Below are positions 11,401-26,400 of a stretch of DNA of 64,000 nucleotides, piece after piece. The notes beneath the pieces were generated by a model that saw only the letters and a list, made by a program, of their open reading frames with translations, made no database searches and was not told where the DNA came from. Origin of the DNA: Balanoglossus misakiensis. Taxonomy: Eukaryota > Animalia > Hemichordata. Both the position numbers and the translations under genes were made by a program. Location: the NCBI GenBank assembly GCA_040954595.2, contig CM082591.2:5983009-6047008 (forward strand). Reading direction: 5' to 3'. Each line of letters begins with the position of its first letter. Position 1 is the stretch's first letter.

Positions 11401-14400
11401 AGATAGGATACTTGTGACAGACATGCTAGGTCAGCTTCAGACAGGCAACAGAAAGAAATAGAATCAGACTAGTAGACGTACCGATGATCTTTTCACCATT
11501 ACTTTCCCCTGTTAGAACTAAATCTCGCAAGGCACTATTGATTCCGTCCTGACTATCAGATTGACTAGAAGGGAGACTGTCCTTCATTCGATGACCTATA
11601 GAATACATTTTTACGGTCAGAAAACAAACAACAGCCAAGGAAAGCGAAATTAGATGGTGTGGAAAACAGTAATAAACACCAACCAAGACAAGTCACAGTG
11701 CTATGAAAATTATACCAGTTACTCCAGTGACAAATACCAATAGTTACATTTAATGAAGGAAAAAACAGCAATTACAGGTTACACTTAGTGATTGCTAGAT
11801 CTATACATGAGATATTATCTTCTAAGTATAGGATGGGGAAACAAGACACTATTTATTAATGATTTTACTTTTAGAACAACAAATTATACACCAATGATTT
11901 GTGATTCCCTCATGCATGTTAATAACAACATACTGGGTTAGGGGGTTACAGTATATCATAATCGCTGTATAGTAAACGCTACAACTTTGTATCATTTCAG
12001 ATTCTTGAATGGAAATGATAAGCACGTTGTGTGATCAAGTATACTTTGCAAAGATAGAAGACAACTTCTGTGTTCCTTTTGAGAAACCTAAGGGGTTCAA
12101 GGAAGTCACACTGAAGAATTCAGATTATGATAGAGAGTCTGCTCTGCTTTTGATTATAGTAGTAATAGTACATGTATTACATGTACTTGTAAAGGGACCC
12201 ACTAGCTAGATGTTTTTAATCCACACACTTCTCCATAGAGTCAACACAGAGACAGGCGGCCATTTTGAATTTCACATCTGTGACATCGAAATTGTACACG
12301 GTGACCCTCTGATCAATATTTGCCTTGCTAAAAATATGAAAACAAGTTTAAGACTTTGAATTTTGAAGTGCATTGTACCTAACGTCTAATGTGAACCACT
12401 TTTACTACATGTGCCACGATTACAACACGACCATAACACCATTTAATAAGGATTAGGGGGGGTCTACGGTAAATGATTACATGTACCATGATTACAACAC
12501 TATTGTGATGCATTCAGGTGACCATTTTGTTGAGGGAGGGAGGAGGGGTATGATCACATTAATGACACATTCCAGAACTAACAGTCATGTCATGAATGAC
12601 AGGATAACACTGGGAGGAATGACGATCTTGTTTGTGTTGCATACCAGGATTATAGCACTACTGTATAATGGGTTATTTTCGCGACAGGAAATTTTGGCGA
12701 TATCAAAAGACGCAACTGTTACGCGAGGTATACTTTTTGCGTTCACTAACTGCATCGTTATTTTCACGTTTTTTTTGGCTCTCGCGTATTTTGCGAAAAT
12801 TTATTGCCTGTGAAAATAACCCGTTATACAGTATAATGACAGGGGTGACAGGGTCGTTTAGGGAGGGGACGTCACATTAGTCACTAAATGCCATACCTTC
12901 TTCAGATTTGGCTTGGTCAGTTCTGCTTTGTCTTTTAGACTCGGTCATGTAGTGTTCCACGGCCCACTGTATGAAGTCTTCCTTGGCCAGGATGAGCGAG
13001 CCATCCTTGGTGTACATCCGCCGAGCGGCGGAGTTGAGACCCAGACGATAGGTACACTGGTCCAACATCTGATGTACAAAGAATTACAAAATGAATTAAC
13101 CACCATCATTACATGTTTGGTGTAAATGGAATCGTGTTGGCCTCAACTTAATCATAACATTAACTGCTGTGAGGTACCATACTATGCAACCACATTGCCT
13201 TGTTCAATCTCTTCTTTTGACCCAAATTCATTATTTTTTAGATCTTTGACATGAAACATACTGTATCAGAAAATATCTCCAGGGTTGATTAATTTGAATT
13301 GTAAGTTCGTAGGTCACTGCAATCCCCTTTTTGCAGTCATAAAATGTATGCATTGATGCAATTGGCCACGTCATGACCCCTGAGTGACCTTACATCCTGG
13401 TGTTCTGTGCCCCAGTTCCCTCTTTAGAGGTCTAACTTCCCCATAGAAAACATAGTTTAGTCCAAACCAATAGAAAACAATGGGTTTGGACTGAACCATG
13501 GTGGTCAAAGGGTTAAGTGGCCATTTGCGTGAGTGTGTAATTTTTCTTCTCTCCTTATTTCGCTATTTATCCTCACAAGACTGCACTCTTGAAGACTACA
13601 ATGTCTAAACGTCGATTTTCACCCTACCCCACTGATGCTGGAGCCGACGATCAGTTCTGGGGGCTGCGTCCGCCCCTCTCCATTCTTGTACGCCAATATC
13701 CGGACGGACGTGACCGGTTGGTAGGCGCCGATCTCCCTGGCGATGGTCCGTGCGTTTGTGACGGTTCTGAGACGTTTCAGCTGTTCTTCCCATTCTCTCA
13801 GAGTGCTCTCAGCTTCATAGGTGGACAGATCAACCTGCAATATTGCAATGTCACATTTTATTTGTTTTGCCTGTGTGTACGTAGCAGTAAAGTAAATCTT
13901 CCTCCCTGGTTATGGTCAATTAATTTCGCAATATTTAATGTAAAATAGTGCATACAAATTCCACATGAAAATAAAAAGATCGGTAAAACAGGAATTTTTT
14001 GCAACGAGATATTTTTCGCGATATCAACAGAGGTGATTGTAACACACGTCGTACGCAGACTGTGTTCTCATTCGCCAATTGCTTCGGCCTTGTGAAACAG
14101 GCTGTTTTGGGGTGACTCACAGTCCCTCGGGTGACAGACGCATGCTGTTGCCCTCATGGCCAGTCAATATGTGTACGGTATATTGTTTCACGACGATTAA
14201 TTTTCGCATTCTCGTATTTCACTAACTGGATTGTCAAAATTCGGGACTATTTATTTTTGCGTTTTTCTGGCTCTTGTGAAGTTTGCATAAATGTATTATT
14301 CGCGAAATTTTCCTGTTTTGCAGTACTCAATAGTGTGTGTTAGCTATACTGTAAAATGGGAAATTTTTGCAAACAATAAATTTTCCCGAACTTCGCGAGA

Positions 14401-17400
14401 GCCAAAAAAACGCAATAATTAATAGCCACGAAAGATAAATGTGTACAACAGAATCTTATTCGGAGATAAAGATCTCAAGAAAATTAATTGTCACGGAATA
14501 GTCGCCTCTGATGATATCGCGAAACTTTCTTGTTGCGAAAATTATCCGTTTTACAGTATTTACTGTACCTTTCCGTTGAGACACTGGAAGCACCCTCGGA
14601 GGTGTTTGAGGCCTCGCTCCTTGGCTATGCCCATTGCACATGAAAACTCTTCGGGTACCTCTAGTCTTTCCAACTTCTGATAGCCCCTCATTGCACGGGC
14701 ACAGGCAACACAGAACAAGATGGCTTCTGTATCTCTGTTAGCATTGGGAAGACACAAAATGTACCCCTACAGGAAGAGAAAAGATTATATTTAGAGTGGT
14801 ATGTCAATGATCTGCTAAGGAGAATGTCAGAATGATTAAGTGCCTCAGGGACAGATAAGAGTATTCACCATGTTGTTTTAATGAAAATCACTAGTTCAAA
14901 TTTTCTCCATATGATAGAGTTAACACAGAGATTGGCGGCCATTTTGAATTTCAAATTTGAGAAAATATGAGGCCATTTCAGATGGTGACCCCTAGTTTTT
15001 ATTTTCAATTTAAAGAGAAAATAATCTTAAGCTGCCTTTGATTCACAGAAAAATGGCAGCTGCTGCATACATATGAATAAAATGAAGATTAACAAACCAC
15101 CATCTGGAACGACATTTAGCACGGTTTGCAGATATGTATTGATGTCAGTAGAATGCAATTTGAGGGTTTAAGATGTGAACCAATGATGCATAGATAATGC
15201 TTACCGGTTGTTCAACTGGAGAGTGGCCTAGTACTGCATGGGTACACACATTGGCTTTATTTGCTGCTGTGATTTCTGCAAAAATACAAATCAAATTTAG
15301 TCTCCACCACATTATTCCTCTAATTTTTAATAGTTAATATTTTTGTTCTTTTATTTCACTGACTGCATTGTCCAAATTCGTGACTATACATTTTCGTGTT
15401 TCTCTCGCTCTTGCGAAGTTTGTGAAAATTTATCGTTCGCGAAAATTTCACGTCTTAATACAGTAGTACAGTACCCCTCATAATGGAAATGTGAATTTGC
15501 TTTTTACCTTTATCCATGGTGTCAGTGGAAAACGCATCCATGAAGCCGGTATGCTCATCCAGACTCCATTTGTGGTTGGCTGTGCCGTATTTCCTGGCTT
15601 TGTGCAGCTGGAGCGTGACCGGTTGTTTCTCGTACGTGCTGGGGGCGCTGTTGTCGCCGATTTTGAAGAAGGGCATACTGACGCCTAGTACCATGTCGTT
15701 GTTGCTGTTGGCACGGATTGTTCTGGAAGGACGTCGTTCAAATTTAACATGCATGATTAGGTGAACGAGAGAAACAATATCATAAACCCAAATGACTTGT
15801 CTCGATTTTGAAATTTTTATAGAGTGGAAATGTCACACTGCATTCTATAAGTGATGACACTTTTATTAACATTTTTCTGACTGAAATATTCCGTTTTCAA
15901 TTTTCAATTCCACTTGAAAATTCACTAATGGCCACAACCCTACATGTAGTTGCACATCCTGTATCAAGCTTTTTTTTACAACTTATAAATTCTCTACAAG
16001 CATGGGCACTCAGGACATCAAGAAACAGCTTTCTAAATTACTAAAATACTGTAAAACACTTTTAAATTTTCGCGAAATACGTGAGAGCCAAAATAGCGTG
16101 AAAATAAAAAGTCGCGTAATTTTTTTTTAAGATAACGATGAAATAAGAGAATGCGAAAATTAATACTCGCGAAACAGTGGCCTCTCTCGATATCGCGAGA
16201 ATTTCAACTCCTGAAAATAAAGTGTTTTGCAGTATATGTATCGCCATACATGTAAACCCAACAAAACCCATCCAATTGTGGCTACCTTAAATAGGTTTTC
16301 ACTTTGCGCTAGGGGGTCAAATCCCATTGCATTCTGGTCGAAAAGTCGACAACCCACTGTAGTAAGAGATAGAAGAAATGATATGTTTACTGTATTTCAT
16401 GACTTCCTTGGGTCAAACATGTCTGTCTTTGTAGTTACCATATTAAACTCATTAAACTTTTTTCACATTTTGTTTTTTTTTCTATTAAAAAGTTTCAGAA
16501 TGACCCATCATCACTTTAGCTTATGAACTCCTATTCCTTAAACATGGCAAAAATCGGCCATCTTGAAATTGTGTCGACCATGTGAGATTTTTATCACCCA
16601 CCTAGGTAGCCAAAACCTATTTAAGGTCGGGCGAATTTAACCCACTGACCCCCCACTCACCCATCCTTCATAAACAACCATCTCTGGTGGATATCGTCCA
16701 CCCTTCTCCTGCACAGGACAACCTCCGAGTATTCCAACAATTCCCTGTCCTCAACACCCACAACCAGGTCAGGGCGTTCTTGAAGTGCGACGAATCCATC
16801 ACTATACACGAATCGCTGGGAGCTTATCCTTCGAGTTGATGATTTGCTTTTCAGTCTGCAAGAAGGGAACACAACACACGTGTGTCAAAATCAGAAATGG
16901 CAGTAAAATAATGAAAGTCATGTTGAGTTGGTGGGATAACTAATCATGCAATAATGTGGGATGGAAAAAAAGCGAATATACAACACTCCACAATTTGCCT
17001 TCACACATCTGCTGGAGAGAAAACGTGTATACATGTAAGGGAATTTTATTTTTTAACTTTACCTCCCAAGGTTGTAAGATATGGCAACCTATGCAAATTT
17101 CTGTTCCTGCAGCTGTCCTCAATAGACAGATTCCAGCGTGCATGTATATGTCAATGTGTAACATGTTTAAAGGGAAGGGGTTGTCGCGCTGCATTGGTGT
17201 CCCCCTTGATCAGAATATGTCCTCCCATACCAGCGCAAACCCCACTGCAGTCGCCACGACCTACTACAATCTTCAGTTGCTGTCATGCCCAGTCTATGCT
17301 ACGGTTGGCTGCTTCGTTCATTCTAAGAATAATCTAATTTCAGAGATTTGTGGATGAATTGTAATTTTTATAAACAAACAAACACGGCGCGACGACCCCT

Positions 17401-20400
17401 TCACTTTAATCTAGAGTTCTAAACCTTTATCTGTGTAAACCACAGACCAGTGTTCTTGAAATAGCAACATCAGAAAACTGATCACTCACTGAAATTTCTT
17501 GAATAAATCCTGGTTGGAATATTCCCGTGCTTCTGTTTCATTGGCGTCTTCCACTTCATTGATTTCCTCGTTCATATCGTGTCTTTCCCACGGCTTTTTC
17601 ATCTTCTCATAGCGTTCGTCGGATTTGACGTGCGACAGGGCATGGGCACTGTGTGTTGTTGAGATCAGAAATAAGCATCAGGTTTGGCGTTGAATGCTTT
17701 GAAAATACGTAATGGTTTAGCAGCAGGGGGAATTGCTAAATCAAAAACATTTATGCTGTTAATCAGTGTTTCATCCAGGATGGCATCTATAGGGGTGATT
17801 GTCCTCTCTTTGATTTTCTTTTTGGGTGGGGGTGGGGGGGTGGGGGGGTGGGAGGATGAATTTGAACTTTGGCAAGGGGGACTGTAAATTGTAATACTAC
17901 CGTTAAAGTCATAACATAAGATGTTCTTTGAAAGGTTGCCAAATGAGGCAGATAAAGAAATTTAGCAAAAAACAGTAGTACATGTATATCTAACATGTGA
18001 ATGACATACATGTAATTTCAAGGTTTGCTGGTCACCCTTTGACAAATTGCTTGGGGTGCCCCAACTTGTTAATAGGGGATGAATCTCCCAATCCTCCTGC
18101 CCAGATGAAACACTGACTTCATGCATGCTCACACTATTTCAAAAATGCACAGAAAATACACATGGCTTACCGGAAACAGCAGTATGCTATTATCACTCAC
18201 ACTATTTCAAACAAAAGGAGGAATATGGCCACAGACATTTGACACATTTTATTAAAATTTCTAGAGTATACAAACTAAACTGCATTTTGAACGTTGGTCT
18301 TAGAAAATCAGTTTTTTGGCACAGGACTTTTGTGTTATTGTGTTCTGTGGCTGTTCAACCATATTCCTCCAAGTATAGAAGCAACGAAAGGGCGGTTTGC
18401 CAAGCCAGGATGTGCTATGGTAGCATTTGATGGTCTAGAAGGTATTGCCTTGAAGCATTGCTGAAAAAAAATAACTGTGTTTATCTCTAAGTGTGTAACA
18501 GCTTGCGCTTAGAGTAAGAGAGACAGAAACAAAGATAATATTGGTATTGACATTAAAACAGAACAGAGAACTATAGGCTATGGTGCAATTGTTTCTTGCA
18601 GTGTTGGAAAATCAAAATTTATCTGACTTGAGCAAGTTACTCTGCAAAGCGTGGGTGGTCAATATACGTTTTTTGGATTGCATTTTTTACATGTCATATC
18701 TTGTATGTTTGTAGACTGCACTAGGGGAATATGCAAGGCATTATCAATGGCAGTTTATTTCCTGAATGAGCCAACATCCTGCAAGTCCTTATGTAAACCT
18801 GACAGCGAGGGTGCTCTTTGCCATATTGACAGGGTAGAACTTGATCATGGCTATCTGAGCAAGCTAATTATTTATGCGAATCAGCAGTCAAAGCTTTATG
18901 ATAATGATGAAATAAGTGACGACTGAAAATTTGGGGTTTTCAATTCAGAGAACAGGCAATGGGTATTTTGGCTATTTAAAATCAAGCAGAGCCCATATTT
19001 GCACAGTAGTGTATGTACGTCCACAAAACAGGTATACATAACTTAACGTCAAGACTTGACTCTACCGACAACTGTAGCCCAACTACCTCTATTTTCCAAC
19101 ACTGTGGAGTGTGGATGGGGATGGCACTCATTTAATTCTAGATCTTCATAGGACACACAGAGGAATGCATGACTATTTTCGACTGACATTATTTATGAAG
19201 TCACACAGAAAGTGTAAAAAATCACACCTTGAGAAAGAGGCATGGGCAGCATACGCATCATTCTCACTACAAACAAGAAAAATACAAACCAGAGAGTCAA
19301 GATTCAACAAACAAAACAACGACAAATTTGGGTTAAAGCCCCAATAGCTGCCATTTTTATATCAATGTTTACAACTCACTTAAATGGACCATTCAAACTC
19401 ATTGACCATTCTGAGTTTGAAATTATAACTATGAAAATGATTAAATAATTGGCAGCTATTGGGACTTTGCAGTTTAAGAATGAATAACAAATAACATCAA
19501 ACAAACAAACAAGTGAAGTATAAATACAGATGACAAAACACAATCACAAGACTGACAAAACAAAAGTGTTAGAAAAGACTTTCCACAACCACTGCAGTAG
19601 AAAAACAAGTGAATAGTGATGGGGAAAATTTACAACAAAATTCACATTTTATGGTTTGGTTAGTTGTACCATTGGGATCTGGTTTTAGAATTTTTGGACT
19701 GTGACTATTACAATATAATACAGTTTTCTGTCCGCACACACAATTTTGGTATATTAACAGATGTACTATAAGATCAAACCACTTTCAAAGTGTATTGAGA
19801 ATTGTAATACATTGTATGTGTATACAATCCAAACATTGCTAAAGTGCAGGTGTATAAGATGATACCGCCATTTTGATGTGTGTTGAGGGGTGTACTATGG
19901 GATACAACTATTTTCAAAGTGTCTTGTGTGGTGATCTATAGGACAACCATTTTCAGAGTGTTGTGGGGTGTACTTAAGAATAGGATACAAATATTTTCAA
20001 AGTGTATCATGTTGTGACCTGTTCAGGACAACAGTTTCAAAGTGTAATGTTGGGGTGACTTTTAAGAAACAATATTTTCTGTGTGTACTGTGGAGTGACC
20101 TATAGGATTTAGATATCTTCAAATTGTATGGTGAGATGCTCTATAGGACAACCGTTTAAAAGTTGAGAGGAGGACAACCAAACGATTTATTACCTCAGCC
20201 CCCCGAGTGGATCTTCTGGTGGTTCTTCCGGTTCTACAGGTGGTGGTTCTTTCAACCGTTCCCTTTCCATGGAATCTCGTTCTTCCCTGGTCATACAACA
20301 CGTTCCGACGATAATCCGGGAACCGGGCTGTATTGGACCATCAATGTCCATCACCAAGTCTGTTTTGTAGAGAGAATAGTAATCTTATATATTAGACATG

Positions 20401-23400
20401 TTTCTTAACCGGCTGTGTGTTTTCCAAACGGAAATTTGCTTCACCCACAAACTACTACAATTTGGTATGACCCTCTTATGTTCAAAAGAATGGACATAAC
20501 CATTATGGAGAATAGGGGTGTTAAGGTGTACAAATACCTCAATACAACATCCTAAATACACGTATACTCACAAACTTAACAGAAAAACAACAAACTATGG
20601 AAATTGCATAATTCTGAAGAAGAAAATAACATAGTAAATACTCTTTTCAGCTATACTGAAATTTTTTTTGTAAGTGTACCAATGACACAAAATTTAATCG
20701 AGTTTCATTTACTCTGCTGGTATCTGAACATAAAGGCAATTTGACACTTTGCCCAAATGCCAGGATGTATAACCTTTGACCTATGCATACACCAAATGTA
20801 ACAGCCTCACCGGTTGGGTTTCTGATGCCACAGTATTGCCTCATCTGTTGCACGTCCGACGAAAGATTGGCCAATAGGAACCTCCGTTGCTGCTCCGACT
20901 TGGAGAGTTTGGGGTCGCTCCAGAATTCGCCGCACGTCACGTAGACGAGCTGGTCGCGTTCGAGATCACTGAGATTGAAGTGTTCACTGCCGCCTTTGTC
21001 GAAGACCCGTCTTGCAGCAAACGGCAGGTTTAGTAAACTTGTACATCGATCTAAAAACTGAAAAATAAGGGTACATGCAAACAGGTTACTTTTTGTATAC
21101 ATGTATGTCTGTTGCATGCACTATTTTATTGCCCATAACAGATTTCTTCATTTTCTATAGATTTCAAATGAACTTTTTAAAAAAATTACTTTCTGATAGT
21201 TTCTAACGTAGTTTCAGCAGAAGTACCTTTTTTCTTTAAAAATCAACCGGGCTGAAACATGTTTTAAAGGCACCTACACAAATTCAGCCACAGTCACCAT
21301 GGGAAGTTGAGATCTATCCATTTACAGATTTTCAGTGGGTGGCTTCATGAAAAACAGTGCCAACACATGTCCCTTTAGATGATTTACATGTCATTTTAAC
21401 CATATTTGGGTATATGTAAATGAGAACTGATTGTGTTCCTTTAAGGGATTAAAATCAGGACAGTCAGCATACTATCAGAAACTGATAAACTGTAAAACGG
21501 GAAATGTTCGTAAACAATAATTTTCTCGCAAACTTGGCGAGAGCCCCCAAAAGACACGTAAATAAATAATCATGAAAGAACAAGTGCACAATAGAATGTT
21601 TTTCAGAGATAAGAAAATGCGAAAAATTAATAATTGTCACGAAATAGTCAACTCTGTTGATATCGTGAAAATTTTCTGGTTTTACAGTACATTATAATCT
21701 GTTGAAGACCTACCAGTTGCATCTCTAACTTTTGTAAATCTGATTTTCTATTCGCTTCAGCCTCCATAGCCTCGGCCTCTGCATCATCCTCGTCCTGCTG
21801 GGATTTCCTCTTTCTGTGAGGACGCTTGCCATTGATGCCCGTCCTGTTGATATCTTTCATCATCTGCATAATTTATGCAGAAATGTTTGATTGTCGGTTA
21901 ATCAAAACTCACCAAAAATTTCAGTTATTTGAAGTTATACATGTACAGTATTACACTTTCATACTTATCATGGTCGAAATCGAGAATGGTAACATATCAA
22001 AAGAAATATAACAATCTTTTCTGTACCAGAATTCTTTTGAAGGGAATGATTTTCAGTTAAAAAAGTCAATAAGATTTGATGAAAACGATACGAGAACATG
22101 CTAATTTTTGAACTAATGTTTAACATTTGAAAATTTAAGGTTAGTTTTTTTCAAAATTTCTGTAGGTTGAACTTGTACATTGAAATAATTTGACCACAAG
22201 GAAAGACTTGGATCCCAAACGCAGAAGCAAAATAGCTATTGATATGTTGGTATGCATTACACTGCCCTTATTACTTACATTTGTCAGATCAGGTCCAACC
22301 ACATGCACCGCCCGTCGTACGTCCCGATCACCATTTTTCAGAACTCGCAAACGAATCGGAACAACTGGGAAGAAAGCAGGCCAAGCTCCATCACCTTAAT
22401 TGTTTCTCAAGCTTCTCTTTACTACCCCCATTTGCATTCACTTTGTTTCGTCCAATAGAATTACAGGTCAAAGTTCAAGTTTTTATTTCAAGCCAATGAG
22501 GAGGGATTAAGGACACTTTGTTTTGCCATATATGGAATCTGACTTCACCTTATTTGAATATAATTTACATATTTTTGCATAACATGCCACCTAACTACGG
22601 GATTTGTAGTACTATCATTTTTATACAAATTACAAAATTAAATATTAAGTTCAGTTTACAACTGATTTATGCCACAACTTTTAAATTAATCTACCATTAT
22701 TGTATAAGATTACCTTAATACCCAAGCAGCATCACTATACAGCAATTTTCCAACAACATTTTTGGTCGTGCAAAACATAATTTCGTTATTCTGTAGGTCA
22801 TATAGCTTACTACCGATTAGAATGCATTTTGTTTCATATTTAATTGAGAGAGTCGAATGATCAGTGATAATGATTCTGCACCGGGAATTCTGATCATCTG
22901 TTAGATGTAACATATCAAACAATGATCCGGGGAAATTTTGACACGACAGAAATGGAAGGAAAATCGCCAAAAGTGAGTCACTTTTACAGCAGCTTTGCTG
23001 GTTGACCAGGATTTAGATTTGAATACGGTTTGAATATTTGCTGGAGGCATGCATTACAAATGAAGTATTTCAAAAGGAATTGTATTCGGAAGTGAGTTTT
23101 AAAACAAAGTTTAATTCAATTGTGGGAAAAGGTCTTATATTGTTTTATAGATCTGACTGTTGAATTACGGTCTTTATGGATTTTTCTGAACATCTTAATT
23201 AATGATAAAAATTTCTTCAGACAAAATATTCATGTTATATAATGTTATGTTATGAACATTGATATGACTATGGGGAGTATATTTAATAAGCTTTGTCACA
23301 TGAGATAACAGAATTAAAACATTTTAAGATTCTCCTTGTAAAAAATCAGAATATAGAAAGATAAGGATGTGTACAAAATTGCCATTATCAATCATGGAAA

Positions 23401-26400
23401 GCATTATGTAAATGTTTTAAAGCTCTTATGTAAAATTACAAATGTGCAGAAATTCAATTGTTACAAATCAAATAATAGAAAATGATGTTGAAATGATGAG
23501 TAATACCAAAATTGATATGAAGTTTATGTTTTCTTCTTTATGTAAAAAGCCCTGAAATGCCATGTCCAATGAAGTATGCTTATTTAAGAAGTTAACACTA
23601 AAACTTTCTCTTATTGGCCAATAGATGACCTTTCAACTTTTAACATTACAAAATATGCAAATGAGCTTATATGCATGTATCACGTGTTAATCTGTATCAT
23701 ATTTTTAATACAAAAATATTACCCTTGTATTTATATCCTTAAGTTCAAAAATACAAATTTTAATCTCAACTGAAAAGTTCTTTGCTACATGTTTACAAAA
23801 TACTATGAATAATTATTATCTATGGGAATTAATCTATTCTGAATTATGTAGTGGAAAATTTGTGATTCTCTTGATGTTTCAATTATAGTATAAAATATTT
23901 CTCCGGCTTGAGAAACGATTGCGTAACTTTGCTTGACCTGTTGCCACATTCTAAGCATCTCGAGTACAAAAAAGAAAACCTTACAAAAAATAACACTCGT
24001 ATGAGATTTTACGCAGCCATGGCCAAAGCTTGCAAAATTAGCTTTCATTCAGTAAACAAAACATGAAAGAGTGTTTGATTTTTTTTTTTTTTTTGAAAGA
24101 GAGGAAATGATAGATGCTTGTTTTGAGATGTTTGGCAGAGGTGCAAGCAAAGTTACAGAACACACTGGCATTTAGCGAGATAAGCTGTTGAAGAAGGTAA
24201 AAAAAGGGAACCTAGCCTGTTCATAGCTGATTTTCTTGTCATTTTTTTTTCATAAAATTATCCCTACAATATACACATCCTGTTAATTAATTCAATGTTT
24301 TGAAATTTATTTAACCCTCTTCACCCCCAGTTCTGCCTTTAGAGGTCCAACCTTACCATAGAAAACAATGGGTTTGGACCAAACCATGGTGTTGAAAGGG
24401 TTAAAATCAAAGATGAATTACTGATAATAAGGGTATTAAGCAGTTATTTTGAGGGATTTAAGGTGAAAATTCAGAATATTGTAATGGAAGTGTGGATGAA
24501 TATTTGGGTAAATTTCATGAAGCTTTAAAAAGTTTGAGTTTTTAAACATACAAAAAACATTGCGCAGTTGTTAAAATACACATTTTTAAAAGAGCAGACA
24601 CTTTCAAACCTTTGTTGATGTCTTGTATATTTTTAGATAACCTATTTCATTCAATGCCTAACTGTTACTAATAAAAATAAAACTTTATGACCAAGGAAGT
24701 TATTCTGCATTCATAAAGACCAATGGATGCTAAATTTGACTCCAGAACTAAAATCAAATGACCTCCTAGTATATCATTTGGGTTGAACCATTTAGAATGA
24801 GGGTGAACAGGTTGTATAATTCTACCTCAGGAGTTTATGCTTATCATCAGTCTTCCCAGAAATTTAGACTACCATTATTGTCAGAGAGAATGTATTTTGT
24901 TAAGCTACAAAGAAAATTGGAGTGTTGGTCTCAAATTTGTAGGAGAACTGAACAACTGAAACAATTTGGACTGAGTCTTTTCATGATAAAATAAATTTAT
25001 ATGAAACGGATCTTGGGGTGATGATGAAAATATTTGTATTAGTCTATTTTCCTTAATGCTATTGAGTTTTAAAAACACTGTATTACTGGTTAGTAAAATG
25101 CGCGTTCTAATTAAGTTATGATGAGCTAATTAACTAACTATGATTTTTATATTTGGGTTAATACACTACACACTCTGCAGCAGGTGTGGGCAGTGAATTT
25201 TGGTGAGAGAGCCCTTTCCACCCCTATACACCCAAACTCATGGAATATTCCTAGTCATTCACAATGGCCGAACTTGTTCTATTCTCAGAGAAGGGGGAGG
25301 TAGAGGTGGAAAGTTTTAACTGTAGTTGGACAAGGGTGACATGAAAATAATTCTCAAATGGTCCTGATATAATCTATACGTAAATTGCCTCAAATTTTTG
25401 ACCACTGGAAATACTCTTGCCTGACAGCAGACATGCAACTCCTGGTAAAAAGCTACCTACCTCCATTCGGAGCATTCTTTGGTGCTGTTTTCTTCAGTGG
25501 GGGCGCGTGTGCTATGAAGTATCCTTCCATCGGCCAATCAAACTCCTGCAAAAGGTTTATAATCAGCTGTCAGTACGGATGTACTGGGACACAGAAATTA
25601 CACATCACAGACTTTACTAAATAAATTAATATTGCTATGAATGAATGAATGAATGAATGAATGAATTTCATTCCACCAGAGATATGTATGTCAAAATGCA
25701 TAACACACAGAAGGTAAAAGAAAAATGTTTACATATTTTTGGTAGAGTTTTTAGTGCACACTCTAAAAAAAAAATGTTACAGAGTCAAAGTGCATAACAC
25801 AAGACCCTAAGCTCAGCATGACCATGTGGTGAACCGACCAGCAAAGCTGTTTGCTGGCTGTAGGTTTCACTCTTCCAAGTCCACTAAACCACCGAGGGTG
25901 GACTGAGGCACATATCTTCTCTGCAAAGTTGTCTGTTCAAGTCTAGCATTTGAAGCTGCAATAGTTTCAAGCGATGAATTATGCGTAGACATTGATTTAT
26001 GGAGTACTCACATCAATTGGCCCTTGACTCCAAAAAACTATTGACCCCCCCCCACCCCACCCCACCCCTTTCCCAACATGTCTAATTCCTCACCTCATTC
26101 CATGTTCCGTCTTCTGTGACCGGCCAGGAATATGCCAGTTTATTCCAGACTGGATTATCCACCTTGGAGTGCTTCCACTGTCCCATGTTGCTGGTCTGCT
26201 CTTGTTTGATGGCCCATCTGAAAATGATCAAAGTTTCAAAGCATGTTTACTACAGGTATACAGTCATGCACCTATGCAAATTACGCCGCAGTTACCATGC
26301 ATAGTTGAGATCTTGCCAAAGACAAGTTTTCACTTCTATGGCCACTCGATAATACAAACACCGTTTTGACCATATATGGATAGGTATACATAAATCAGAG

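Noticed and set aside
14508-14525. CTGATGA..GAAAC hammerhead core
   Set aside because: No stem II, and it is a point variant of the family C MITE sequence.
22365-25460. Nested gene or snoRNA in the very AT-rich 3.1-kb intron
   Set aside because: No convincing ORF, C/D box pair with terminal stem, or H/ACA structure seen by eye; a covariance-model search would be needed.
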